This document shows positions 39,292 to 48,172 of a DNA stretch of 64,000 bases, in pieces. The notes under the pieces are model-generated. The model made no database searches. It was not told the origin of the DNA and saw only the letters and a program-made list of their open reading frames with translations. Source of the DNA: an uncultured Chloroflexia bacterium (GTDB lineage: Bacteria > Chloroflexota > Limnocylindria > Limnocylindrales > CSP1-4). Position 1 is the stretch's first letter. Every line of letters starts with the position of its first letter. The DNA is taken from the NCBI GenBank assembly GCA_963775855.1, contig CAVZKO010000008.1:3422-67421 (forward strand). Reading direction: 5' to 3'. The position numbers and the translations under genes are program-made.

Positions 39292-40434
39292 TCAGTCCGG
39301 CAATTCGTGGACGATGATGTTGTCGAACCAGACAGTCGCTTCGGACCGACCAAGGTCAAGCGCAAGCTTGACGTTCGGATCGGCGACGAGATGGGTGACC
39401 TCGAAGCTGATGGCGCTCCATGTCGTCCCAACCTGCAGCACGCGAGATGCCGTGATCTGGCCGCCAGCGGCGATCAGCCGAACCGTCACCTCGCGCGCCG
39501 CCGCCGCCTTCATGGAGAGGTTGACGACGTACGTCACGCCTTGGCCGAGCGCGAAGTCGTCGGACGTGAGGGAGATCCCCGAGCGTGCGGCGCTGCCGAT
39601 GCTGATATCGACGCGAGCGGCCGCCGATCCATCCGGGCCCGCGAGTGGCTCGTGGGTCAAGGTGGCTTGCGCGCGGTCGGTCAGCTGGAGCTGCCAGCCA
39701 TTGACTCCGTCCTCGAATCCGGGGTTGAAGACGAGGCTCGCCGGGACTCCCGACGGCGGCGGGGAGGCCGGTGGCGGAACGGTGGGCGTGGGTGGCGGCA
39801 GCGTTGGCGGGGGCGGCGTCGGGCGGGGCGGCGAGGGACTCGCTGCCGGCGGAGTCGAGCTCGGCGCGACGCTCGGGCCTGAACGACCGGCGAGTGCATC
39901 GGTGATCCGCTCGTTGAGCGCGGGCAGGGCAGCGAGCAGCTCGATGACGGCCCGCGCGCCCGCGACGTACGCGTCGACGTTCCGGATGGAATTCTGCAGC
40001 GTTTCGGTGTTGCTAGCCATGACCGCGTTGTAGAAGGCGCCGAGGTCGGCTCCCAGTTCGGCCGTGTCATCGCCTAGCTGGAGTCGATCAGCGGCCTCCC
40101 TGCCGGCCGTCAGGTCCGTGTTGACCGACCGGAGGTGGCCGGCGATCTCGGGAGCGAGCGGGACCTCGACTGCGATCGCCGCATCGAGCGCCAGGGCACG
40201 GCTGGCGAGGCTCTGATTCACGACCAGGGCAGTTGCCAGCGCTCGCCGGATCTCAGGGTCCATCGTCGGCAACGCACTCGGTTCGACGGACGGGCCCGAT
40301 GACGGGGCCGGGTCGTTTGGTAGGCCGTCAACGGCGAAGGCCTGCGCCGCGATCAGGGCCACCGCGAGCAATCCGACGAGCGCCGAGGCGATCAATTCCG
40401 GCGACGCCAAGTCGCGGATGCGCCGGCCACTCAT
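39292..40434 (-). CDS. Membrane-anchored protein with Pro linker and C-terminal CBM4/9-like carbohydrate-binding domain
   Basis: ATG 40434, TM, helical region, Pro linker, LVFNPGFEDGVNGWQL...TYVVNLSMKA...VWFDNI. Confidence 0.65.
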   Translation of the reverse strand: MSGRRIRDLASPELIASALVGLLAVALIAAQAFAVDGLPNDPAPSSGPSVEPSALPTMDPEIRRALATALVVNQSLASRALALDAAIAVEVPLAPEIAGHLRSVNTDLTAGREAADRLQLGDDTAELGADLGAFYNAVMASNTETLQNSIRNVDAYVAGARAVIELLAALPALNERITDALAGRSGPSVAPSSTPPAASPSPPRPTPPPPTLPPPTPTVPPPASPPPSGVPASLVFNPGFEDGVNGWQLQLTDRAQATLTHEPLAGPDGSAAARVDISIGSAARSGISLTSDDFALGQGVTYVVNLSMKAAAAREVTVRLIAAGGQITASRVLQVGTTWSAISFEVTHLVADPNVKLALDLGRSEATVWFDNIIVHELPD

Positions 40435-41175
40435 GTGGCCACGACCTTCCGCCTGCGTCTGCACCTGAAGCTGCTGCTCCAGATCGACGCCGGGCTCGGC
40501 CATTACGGCAGAGAACGCGAGGGACAGTTCGACGCCCTGCCGCCCGGTGATCAGCAGCCGATCCGCGAGGACCGCCACCTCGGCGTCGGCGAGCGAGATG
40601 CTCGCCGCGACAGCCGACGGGCTGATGTGAATCGGACCGAGCACGTTCAGCTTCGTGCCGACTCGGGCGAGGAAATAGCGGCTCCCGATCTGGAGTGACC
40701 CCATGCCGCCCATGAAGATCCCGCTACCCAGGATCGCGACCGTCCCACTCGACCTGGCGACGGGCGCCGGCGCCGCCTCGAGCGTCGCCCTGCGTCCGAG
40801 CATTGTTGCGGAGCGGCGACCGGGCGCAACTCCGTTACCAGGCGGAGCGGCCGTCCGAGCAGGACCGCGCGGCTCAGGCCCGGGCGAGGCAATCGTCGTG
40901 GGAGCTCCAGCGACAGCGGCCTCCGTCTCCGCGCCGCTGCGCCGGAACTCGGCGCCGCACGCGTCGCATCGCCCTGGCCAACCCCGTGTTCGCGCCCCGC
41001 AGGTCGGGCAACGGCCGGGGGGTGCCAGTGCAAGGAGTCCGACGGCGATCGGGCCGAGGGCGATTCCGAAGGCGAACCAGGCTGCCCAGGATCGCCCGCG
41101 CTGGATTGCGAGCCAGCTGGCGAGCGGCGCGAAGACGATTGCCGAGACGATGAGGGCAATGAAGGGAAGTGGCAA
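40431..41175 (-). CDS. Membrane protein with CxxC...CxxC zinc ribbon (in-frame with the downstream gene as assembled)
   Basis: Two TM segments, RGRSW..WF.FG..LGPI, CPTCG...CDACG. Start uncertain (TTG 41175). Confidence 0.55.
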
Positions 41176-41338
41176 TCCGGATACGACTCCTTTGGGCGCA
41201 CCCGTCCGGGCGCGCCGGCCAATGGTAGGCGGCACCGGCGGCACGCGCTGCAGGGAGAGATGCCCCAAAACGGTGCCTACCGTCAACGAGAATGACGCCG
41301 TGGACCCGCTTAAGCACGCGTTTGACAGCAAATCGTTA

Positions 41339-41367
41339 TTGAGCCCGCAAGGTGAAGCTAATACAGT
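41339..41367 (+). promoter_or_regulatory. Putative sigma70-type promoter of the ugd operon
   Basis: TTGAGC-N17-TACAGT in a locally AT-rich stretch, about 160 nt upstream of ugd. Confidence 0.5.
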
Positions 41368-41526
41368 GGTACTACGAGCGCGCAGGACTAAAGGTCTACG
41401 GTCTCATTCGGTCATCTTCTTTTTGGGGACCTGCGAACTCGTTCCCGTCGGCCGGGCAAGCCGCGGACCTTGGATACCCGCGTCCCGTGGGGCAAATCGG
41501 GAAGTTGGGGCAGGGGGAGATCAGAC

Positions 41527-42942
41527 TTGAAGGTCACCGTTATCGGTCAAGGCTACGTGGGTCTCGTCACGTCGGCAGGGGCAGCCGCGTGGGGACACGA
41601 AGTCGTCGGAGTCGAGCGGCAGGAGGACCGCCTTCGGGCGCTGCTGTCCGGACACGTACCGTTCCATGAACCGTCCCTCAGCGAGCTGGTCGAACTTCAC
41701 CTGGGAGACGGCCGCCTCCGGTTCACCGCCGATTCCCAGGGGCCAGTGTCCGCGTCGAGCCTGACCTTCGTGGCGGTCGGCACAGTCAACGCGGACCAGG
41801 AGTGGGAGACGAACACGATCCGAGCCTGTCTGGCCGAGGTCGTCCCGCACATCCCGGACGACGGGGCCGTGGTGGTCCGGTCGACCTGCCCGCCTGACTT
41901 CATCGGACAGCTTCCCGCGTACGTCGACGGGCTCCGCCGGGATGCCGGTCGCGAACCGATCGCGGTGATGCTCAACCCCGAGTTCACCAAGGAAGGTACC
42001 GCGGTCCAGGACTTCCTCACGCCGGACCGCGTCGTCATTGGTGTGGCATCGGACCCGCACGAGCACGGGGTGGCGCTGCTGCGCGAGTTCTACGCCCAGG
42101 TCGAGGCCCCGGTTCTCGTGCTCTCGGCGATGGATGCCATCCTGGCCAAGCTGGGTGCCAACCTGTTCCTTGCAACGAAGATCTCGTTCGCCAACGAGCT
42201 GGCGGCTCTGTGCGATCTGTACGGCTCGCAGATCGAGCGGGTCATCGAGGGCATGGCTCATGACCCCCGAATCGGCGGCTCGTTCCTGCGAGCCGGTATC
42301 GGGTTCGGAGGCTCGTGCCTGCCGCACCAGGTGACGATGACCGTCCGCGAGGCGGCGGCCCGGGGCCACGATACGCCGTTGTTCGCCGCCGTCGATGACA
42401 TCAATCTCCGCCAGCGGCTCACCTTTGTCGATCGCATCGACGCGTTGGTCGGCGGCGTCGCAGGCCGGCGCATTGCGCTCCTCGGATTGACGTTCAAGCC
42501 CCACACGGACGATCTCCGTGCGGCACCGTCGCTGGACATCGCCAGCATGCTGATCGATCGGGGCGCGTCGGTCGTCGCCTTCGATCCCATGGAGACCGCG
42601 CGCCGCAACGCCAAGGCCCAGATCCGGCGGTTGGTCGTGGTAAGCAGCGCCCTCGAGGCCGTCAGCGACGCCGACGTGATCGCCCTCGTAACCGAGTGGC
42701 CCGAATTCGTGACGCTGCCGTGGGCACAGATCGCGAGCATAGTCCGCCAGCGGATCGTCATCGACGGGCGCAACGCGCTCGACCCCGACGCCCTCCTCGA
42801 GGCCGGCTTCGTCTATTCATCCTTCGGGCGCGGCCATCGGATCCCGGCCGAGCTCGGGAGCCCAGCCGCCCAGGCCCGGGCCCCAGAAGGCACCCGGATG
42901 GGAATTCCAATCGGCGCCGAGTTCGCCGTCGGCGACTTCTAG
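41527..42942 (+). CDS. ugd: UDP-glucose/GDP-mannose dehydrogenase family protein
   Basis: KVTVIGQGYVG, NPEF, AKLGANLFLATKISFANE, GFGGSCLP, LGLTFKPHTDDLR, IDGRN. TTG start after GGGGGAG. Confidence 0.88.
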   Translation: MKVTVIGQGYVGLVTSAGAAAWGHEVVGVERQEDRLRALLSGHVPFHEPSLSELVELHLGDGRLRFTADSQGPVSASSLTFVAVGTVNADQEWETNTIRACLAEVVPHIPDDGAVVVRSTCPPDFIGQLPAYVDGLRRDAGREPIAVMLNPEFTKEGTAVQDFLTPDRVVIGVASDPHEHGVALLREFYAQVEAPVLVLSAMDAILAKLGANLFLATKISFANELAALCDLYGSQIERVIEGMAHDPRIGGSFLRAGIGFGGSCLPHQVTMTVREAAARGHDTPLFAAVDDINLRQRLTFVDRIDALVGGVAGRRIALLGLTFKPHTDDLRAAPSLDIASMLIDRGASVVAFDPMETARRNAKAQIRRLVVVSSALEAVSDADVIALVTEWPEFVTLPWAQIASIVRQRIVIDGRNALDPDALLEAGFVYSSFGRGHRIPAELGSPAAQARAPEGTRMGIPIGAEFAVGDF

Positions 42943-42973
42943 CCATGGTGGGGCACACCGGGGGCGATCAGCC

Positions 42974-43636
42974 ATGATCACTTGGTTCACCACGATCTTC
43001 GCCGGCCTCGTCGGACTGGTCGTCGGGCTGCTGGTTGGCGACCCGTTGCCCGGCGTGGCGTTCGGGCTCGGACTGCTCGTTGGCGGCGCCGCATCGGTCG
43101 TCGTCGTCCCCGCGTTGCGATCCGCCCCGGCCGGCATCAAGGGCGCCGCCATCGACGACGTGGCTGCGGGCTGGATCGAATTCCACCGCGAGCTGGCGCG
43201 GGCGAGGCGGTTCGATCGCCCGTTCGCCATCGTCCGCTTCTCAGTCGGTCGCTCGCCGGACGAGGGGGTCCTGGTCGGGCTGCGCAACGAAATCGCCGCA
43301 ATCTCCCGCCGCATCGACCGGCTGTGGATCGACGAGGACCATATCCTGCTTCTTCTCCCGGAGGCCACCGAGGCAGCAGCGAAAGCCGCTCTGTCCAGGG
43401 TCTACGTCGGGGTCCCGGCAGCAGTTGCCTTCGCGCCCGGGCTCGCGCTGTATCCGGAGCATGGAATCACGAGCGGTGCATTGATCGCAGCGGTCTACGG
43501 CAACGGGCAGGCGGAGGTCCCGACGCCGATCGCCGCGGCGCGCCCGGAACTGTGGCTCCAGCCGGCCGCGGGTATAGCCATCCAGACGGAGGGCGCTCCG
43601 GGCGGGTCGGACGAAGTGGCGAGCCAGAGTGGCTGA
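42974..43636 (+). CDS. 2-TM membrane protein with degenerate GGDEF-like domain
   Basis: FHRELARARRFDRPFAIV, RRID (RxxD), IDEDHILLLLPE in place of GGDEF..LLPE, GLALYPEHG. Confidence 0.68.
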   Translation: MITWFTTIFAGLVGLVVGLLVGDPLPGVAFGLGLLVGGAASVVVVPALRSAPAGIKGAAIDDVAAGWIEFHRELARARRFDRPFAIVRFSVGRSPDEGVLVGLRNEIAAISRRIDRLWIDEDHILLLLPEATEAAAKAALSRVYVGVPAAVAFAPGLALYPEHGITSGALIAAVYGNGQAEVPTPIAAARPELWLQPAAGIAIQTEGAPGGSDEVASQSG

Positions 43637-44252
43637 TCCCCGAGCGCTCAGCTACCGTCGGTTCAGCCGCACGAAGCGGGCCATGGATCTCATCATCTGC
43701 ATCGTCGCGATGCCCCTCCTCGTACCGGTTCTCCTGGTTTGTGCGCTCGCCGTCCGGCTGGAGTCGCCCGGCCCAATCCTCTTCCGCCAGCAACGAACCG
43801 GGCGTCACGGCGTCCGCTTCGGCATGTACAAGTTCCGCACGATGGTCGCCAACGCCGAGGAGTTGAAGGCGTCGCTCGCCCATCTGAACATCCTGCCGCC
43901 GCCGGATTTCAAGATCATCGACGACCCGCGGATCACACGGGTTGGCCGCATTCTCCGAACGACCAGCCTCGACGAGCTGCCACAGATCCTCAACGTCGTG
44001 CGCGGCGAGATGTCGCTGGTCGGCCCGCGGCCGACGTCCTTTGCGGCGAGCACCTACCGGTTGTGGCATGCTGAGCGTCTCGAAGTGGTGCCCGGGATCA
44101 CGGGCTTCTGGCAGATCCGCGGCAGAAACGCGTCAACCTTTGACGAGCGGCTCCGGCTCGACGTGGAATACATCCAGCAGATGTCGCCGTTGCTCGATCT
44201 CAAGATCCTCATCTGGACAATCGGATCGGTCGTGAAGAGATCCGGAGCGTAG
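43629..44252 (+). CDS. Priming polyprenyl-phosphate sugar transferase (Bac_transf domain)
   Basis: KRAMDL, SPGPILFRQQRTG, MYKFRTM, DPRITRVG, LDELPQ, MSLVGPRP, PGITG.WQ. Confidence 0.92.
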   Translation: MADPRALSYRRFSRTKRAMDLIICIVAMPLLVPVLLVCALAVRLESPGPILFRQQRTGRHGVRFGMYKFRTMVANAEELKASLAHLNILPPPDFKIIDDPRITRVGRILRTTSLDELPQILNVVRGEMSLVGPRPTSFAASTYRLWHAERLEVVPGITGFWQIRGRNASTFDERLRLDVEYIQQMSPLLDLKILIWTIGSVVKRSGA

Positions 44253-44269
44253 TGCGGGGGAATACCGTC

Positions 44270-47200
44270 ATGACGTCGCGACGAGCGACGTGGCTCGAGC
44301 GTCGCCAGCGCCGGTCGCGATTGGTCGCCATCCTTGGCTTCCTTGTGATCGTTGGGTCGGCTTTGCCGATGGCCGCTCTCGCCGCCCCAGGCGACATCGG
44401 CAATGAGGGCCCGTCATTCGATGGCGCCAGCGGCACGGCCACAGGGTCCAAGCCCGAAAGCAAGCTGTGGTGGAACGACGGGATCTGGTGGGGGAGCCTG
44501 TGGGACACCGATACCCTGACCTACCACATTCATCGGCTTGACCTGGCCACCAGCAGCTGGGTCGACACGGGGGTTCAGCTCGACAATCGGCCCGGCACCC
44601 GAGCCGACACGCTCTGGGACGGGACGAAACTCTACGTCGCCTCGCATCGGTATTCGTCGACTCCGGCGGCCGGCTACGCGGCCCGGCTCTACCGGTTCAG
44701 CTACAACGCGGCAGCCAAGACCTACACGCTCGACTCAGGCTTTCCGGCGACGATCCACAATTACAGGGTCGAGACCCTCGTGATCGATAAGGACACCACG
44801 GGGATGCTCTGGGCGACCTGGATCCAGAACAGCCAGGTTCACGTCAGCCACACGAACGGCTCCGACAGCAGCTGGGTCACGCCGTTCGTCCTACCTGGGC
44901 CGGGCACGACCGTCAACATCGACGACATCTCGTCGGTCATCCACTTCCAGAAGTCTGGCGAGACCGGTCGCATCGGTGTGATGTGGAGTAACCAGAACGA
45001 CTCGAAGGTCTACTTCGCGATTCACGTCGATGGCGCTGCGGACACCGTTTGGGACAGCAGCAAGACCGCCCTCCAGGGCCCGGGCGACGCCGACGACCAC
45101 ATCAATCTCAAATCTGTCCAGTCGGACGGCAACGGCAAGGTCTACGCGGCGATCAAGACGAGCCACTCGTCGTCTTCCGCTCCGCTGATCATGGCTCTCG
45201 TCTTCAATCCCGCAACCGGAACGTGGTCCAACAGCGTCGCCGGGCGCGTCTCAGACAGCCATACGCGCCCGATCATCGTCATCGACGACGAGCACAACGT
45301 CGCCCATGTCGTCATGACCGGCCCCCAGCCGCCCGCGACAAGCGGCCAGAACGGCGGCTCCATCTACGACAAGACCGCCCCGCTCGGGACGATGGCCTTC
45401 GCTACCGGCGTCGGTACGCCGATCATCCGCGACGCAGACAGTCCCGACATGAACGACGCAACGTCGACGAAGCAGAACGTCAGCAGCACCACCGGCCTTG
45501 TCATCCTCGCGGGCAATGACACGACCAACCGGTACTGGTGGAGCTTCGATCCGCTCGGCGGTACGCCGCCGCCAGTGAACCCGCCGGTGGCCGCATTCTC
45601 GGCGACCCCGACGTCAGGACCGGCACCGCTCGCGGTCACATTCACCGACGGCTCGACGAACCTGCCCACGAGCTGGGCCTGGGACTTCGACAACAACGGT
45701 TCCGTCGACTCGACCGTCAAGAACCCGGTCCATACCTACGCCGCTCCGGGGACGTACTCGGTGAAGCTCACCGCCACCAATTCGGCTGGCAGCGACGACG
45801 AGATCAAGACGGGTTTCGTCACGGTCGGCGCCCCGCTCACGTTTGTCACATTCACGCCGGGGGCCGATGCCTTCGTGAGCTCGTCGAGCCCGACGAAGAA
45901 CTATGGCTCTGACGTGCAATTGCGGGTCCGCGCGTCCTCGACCACCTATCGCTCGTACCTGAAGTTCACCGCGAGCGGCCTCGACGGCCCGGTCAAGTCG
46001 GTCCGCCTGCGGCTCTTCGTCAGCGACGCCAGCCCGGACGGCGGTTCGATCTACGCCGTCCCGAGCGGTTGGACGGAGACCGGCATCAACTACAACAACG
46101 CCCCGGTGCTGCCTGGATCGCCGATCCGCGCGATCGGCGCCACGCCGCCCGTTGGCAGCTGGGTCGACGTCGATCTCGGCACGGCCATCACCGGCAATGG
46201 CACGTACAGCTTCGGCATCGCCAACAACAACACCAACAGCGCCTACTACTCGAGCCGGCAGGGGACGAATCCACCCCAGCTGATCGTCGGCTATGAGGCG
46301 GGTGGAACGCCCGAGATCGCGCCCGTTGCGGCCTTCTCCGCGACGCCGACATCCGGTCCGGCGCCGCTCTCGGTGACGTTCAGCGACGCCTCGACGAATC
46401 AGCCGACGAGCTGGGCGTGGGACTTCCAGAACGACGGCACGGTCGACTCGACCGCCCAGAACCCGGTGTTCGCCTACGGCACGGACGGCACGTACTCGGT
46501 GAAGCTGACCGCGTCGAACGGGGCCGGCAGCGACGACGAGATAAAGGTCGACTACGTGACGGTTGCGACGACACCGCCGCCGGAGATTGCGCCCGTCGCT
46601 GCCTTCTCGGCGACGCCGACGTCCGGTCCGGCGCCCCTATCGGTGACGTTCAGCGATGCCTCGACAAACCAGCCGACGAGCTGGGCGTGGGACTTCCAGA
46701 ACGACGGCACGGTCGACTCGACGACCCAGAACCCAATCTTCGCCTACAGCACGGCCGGCACGTACTCGGTGAAGCTGACCGCGGCAAACGGGGCCGGCAG
46801 CGATGACGAGGTCAAGGTCGGTTACGTGGTCGTTGGGACGACTCCACCGGGCGGTGGAACGATCACGGTGACCCCGACCGCCGACTCCCGGACCAGCCAG
46901 GCGTTCCCCGCGAGCAACTACGGCGGCGATGCATCTCTCCGGGTCCGCCTCGACCCAACCGGGGCGTACCGAAGCTACCTCCGCTTCGCGGTTGCGGGCA
47001 TCACTGGGACGGTCGGCTCGGTAACGCTGCGGCTGTTCGTCACGGATGCGAGCCCGAGCAGTGGGACCGTCTACCCCACGACCAACACGTGGACGGAGTC
47101 GTCGATCAATTGGGGCAACGGCCCGGCCGCCAGTGGATCCGCGATCCGCTCGATCGGGGCCACCACGCTCGGGGCCTGGGTCGACGTGAACCTGACCGGC

Positions 47201-47320
47201 GCGATCACCGCCGACGGGACGTACAACTTCCTGATCAGCGACGGCAACACCAACAGCGCGTTCTTCTCGAGCCGCGAGGGGGCCAACCCGCCGCAGCTGG
47301 TGATCACCCAGTCCCCCTGA
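44270..47320 (+). CDS. Large secreted protein: propeller-like domain, 3 PKD domains, 2 DNRLRE/CBM96-like domains
   Basis: ESKLWWNDGIWW domain, PKD units (VTFSDASTN.PTSWAWDF), ADAFVSSSSPTKNYG...YRSYLKF and ADSRTSQAFPASNYG...YRSYLRF. Confidence 0.8.
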   Translation: MTSRRATWLERRQRRSRLVAILGFLVIVGSALPMAALAAPGDIGNEGPSFDGASGTATGSKPESKLWWNDGIWWGSLWDTDTLTYHIHRLDLATSSWVDTGVQLDNRPGTRADTLWDGTKLYVASHRYSSTPAAGYAARLYRFSYNAAAKTYTLDSGFPATIHNYRVETLVIDKDTTGMLWATWIQNSQVHVSHTNGSDSSWVTPFVLPGPGTTVNIDDISSVIHFQKSGETGRIGVMWSNQNDSKVYFAIHVDGAADTVWDSSKTALQGPGDADDHINLKSVQSDGNGKVYAAIKTSHSSSSAPLIMALVFNPATGTWSNSVAGRVSDSHTRPIIVIDDEHNVAHVVMTGPQPPATSGQNGGSIYDKTAPLGTMAFATGVGTPIIRDADSPDMNDATSTKQNVSSTTGLVILAGNDTTNRYWWSFDPLGGTPPPVNPPVAAFSATPTSGPAPLAVTFTDGSTNLPTSWAWDFDNNGSVDSTVKNPVHTYAAPGTYSVKLTATNSAGSDDEIKTGFVTVGAPLTFVTFTPGADAFVSSSSPTKNYGSDVQLRVRASSTTYRSYLKFTASGLDGPVKSVRLRLFVSDASPDGGSIYAVPSGWTETGINYNNAPVLPGSPIRAIGATPPVGSWVDVDLGTAITGNGTYSFGIANNNTNSAYYSSRQGTNPPQLIVGYEAGGTPEIAPVAAFSATPTSGPAPLSVTFSDASTNQPTSWAWDFQNDGTVDSTAQNPVFAYGTDGTYSVKLTASNGAGSDDEIKVDYVTVATTPPPEIAPVAAFSATPTSGPAPLSVTFSDASTNQPTSWAWDFQNDGTVDSTTQNPIFAYSTAGTYSVKLTAANGAGSDDEVKVGYVVVGTTPPGGGTITVTPTADSRTSQAFPASNYGGDASLRVRLDPTGAYRSYLRFAVAGITGTVGSVTLRLFVTDASPSSGTVYPTTNTWTESSINWGNGPAASGSAIRSIGATTLGAWVDVNLTGAITADGTYNFLISDGNTNSAFFSSREGANPPQLVITQSP
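46313..46820 (+). repeat. Near-identical tandem duplication of a PKD-coding unit (270-bp period)
   Basis: Units start at 46313 and 46583 and share long identical stretches, e.g. cagccgacgagctgggcgtgggacttccagaacgacggcacggtcgactcgac. Confidence 0.85.
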
Positions 47321-47368
47321 CGGCCCCGCCTGCCGATCCCCGCCCGCGTTATCGTCCCGAGCCGTGTG

Positions 47369-48097
47369 TCAGGTGAACAATTCGCCGGGTCGAACCGCGT
47401 GCACCTCGACGCCTCCGAGGCCTCGACCCTGCAGCGCCACTCGCAGCTGATCCGGGGTCCCGACGAGGATCGGAAATGTCCCGTAATGGATTGGGGCAAC
47501 GTGCTTCACTCCGAGCAGCTCCGTCGCAATGGCGGCCCCGGCGGGATCCATCGTGAAGTGGCCGCCGATCGGCAGGAAGGCGAGCTCCGGTCGGTATCGC
47601 TCCGCGATGAGCCGCATGTCGCCGAACACGTCCGTGTCGCCGGCGAAATAGAACCGGAACCCGTTCTCGAGTTCGACCACGAGGCCGACTGGCTCGCCGA
47701 AGTAGATCGGCGCTTCGGCGCCGCCGTAGATGTCGCCGGCCGAGTGGTCGGCGTGGACCATCGTGACCTTGATCCCCGCCGCCTCGACGGTCCCGCCCTT
47801 GTTCATGCCGATGACCGAATCCTTGTGGGCAAAGTTCCGCGCCAGCCAGAGGCTCATTTCGTGCATGCAGGGCCACGTCGGGCGGGTCCGGCTGCCGACC
47901 ATGAGCGCGTCACCGAAGTGGTCGAAGTGGCCGTGCGTGACGAGGAGGAGATCGCAGCGGTCCACCAAATCCGCGGACTTCGGGCTGCTCGGATTCGAGA
48001 ACCAGGGATCGATGATGATCGTCCGGCCGCCCGGCGTCGTCACCTCCCAGCAGGAGTGTCCGTACCACGTGAAGGTCGTGTCTCGATCGATGGCCAC
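47369..48097 (-). CDS. Metallo-beta-lactamase-fold metal-dependent hydrolase (UPF0173-like)
   Basis: FTWYGHSC, IIIDPW, LVTHGHFDHFGD, HADHS, FAGDT, LPIGG.FTM, PIHYGTF. GTG start after AGAGGAGG. Confidence 0.88.
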   Translation of the reverse strand: MAIDRDTTFTWYGHSCWEVTTPGGRTIIIDPWFSNPSSPKSADLVDRCDLLLVTHGHFDHFGDALMVGSRTRPTWPCMHEMSLWLARNFAHKDSVIGMNKGGTVEAAGIKVTMVHADHSAGDIYGGAEAPIYFGEPVGLVVELENGFRFYFAGDTDVFGDMRLIAERYRPELAFLPIGGHFTMDPAGAAIATELLGVKHVAPIHYGTFPILVGTPDQLRVALQGRGLGGVEVHAVRPGELFT

Positions 48098-48172
48098 GTC
48101 GCCTCCTCTGTCTCTTGTCGATGACATCGTAGGCCGGTCGGCCGGCGGCGTGCCCTCGGCTACACTCGGACG

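Noticed and set aside
41368-41526. Attenuator or riboswitch in the ~160-nt ugd leader (contains TCTTCTTTTT)
   Set aside because: No convincing stem precedes the U-tract, and there is no match to a known aptamer or ops/JUMPstart that I can support.
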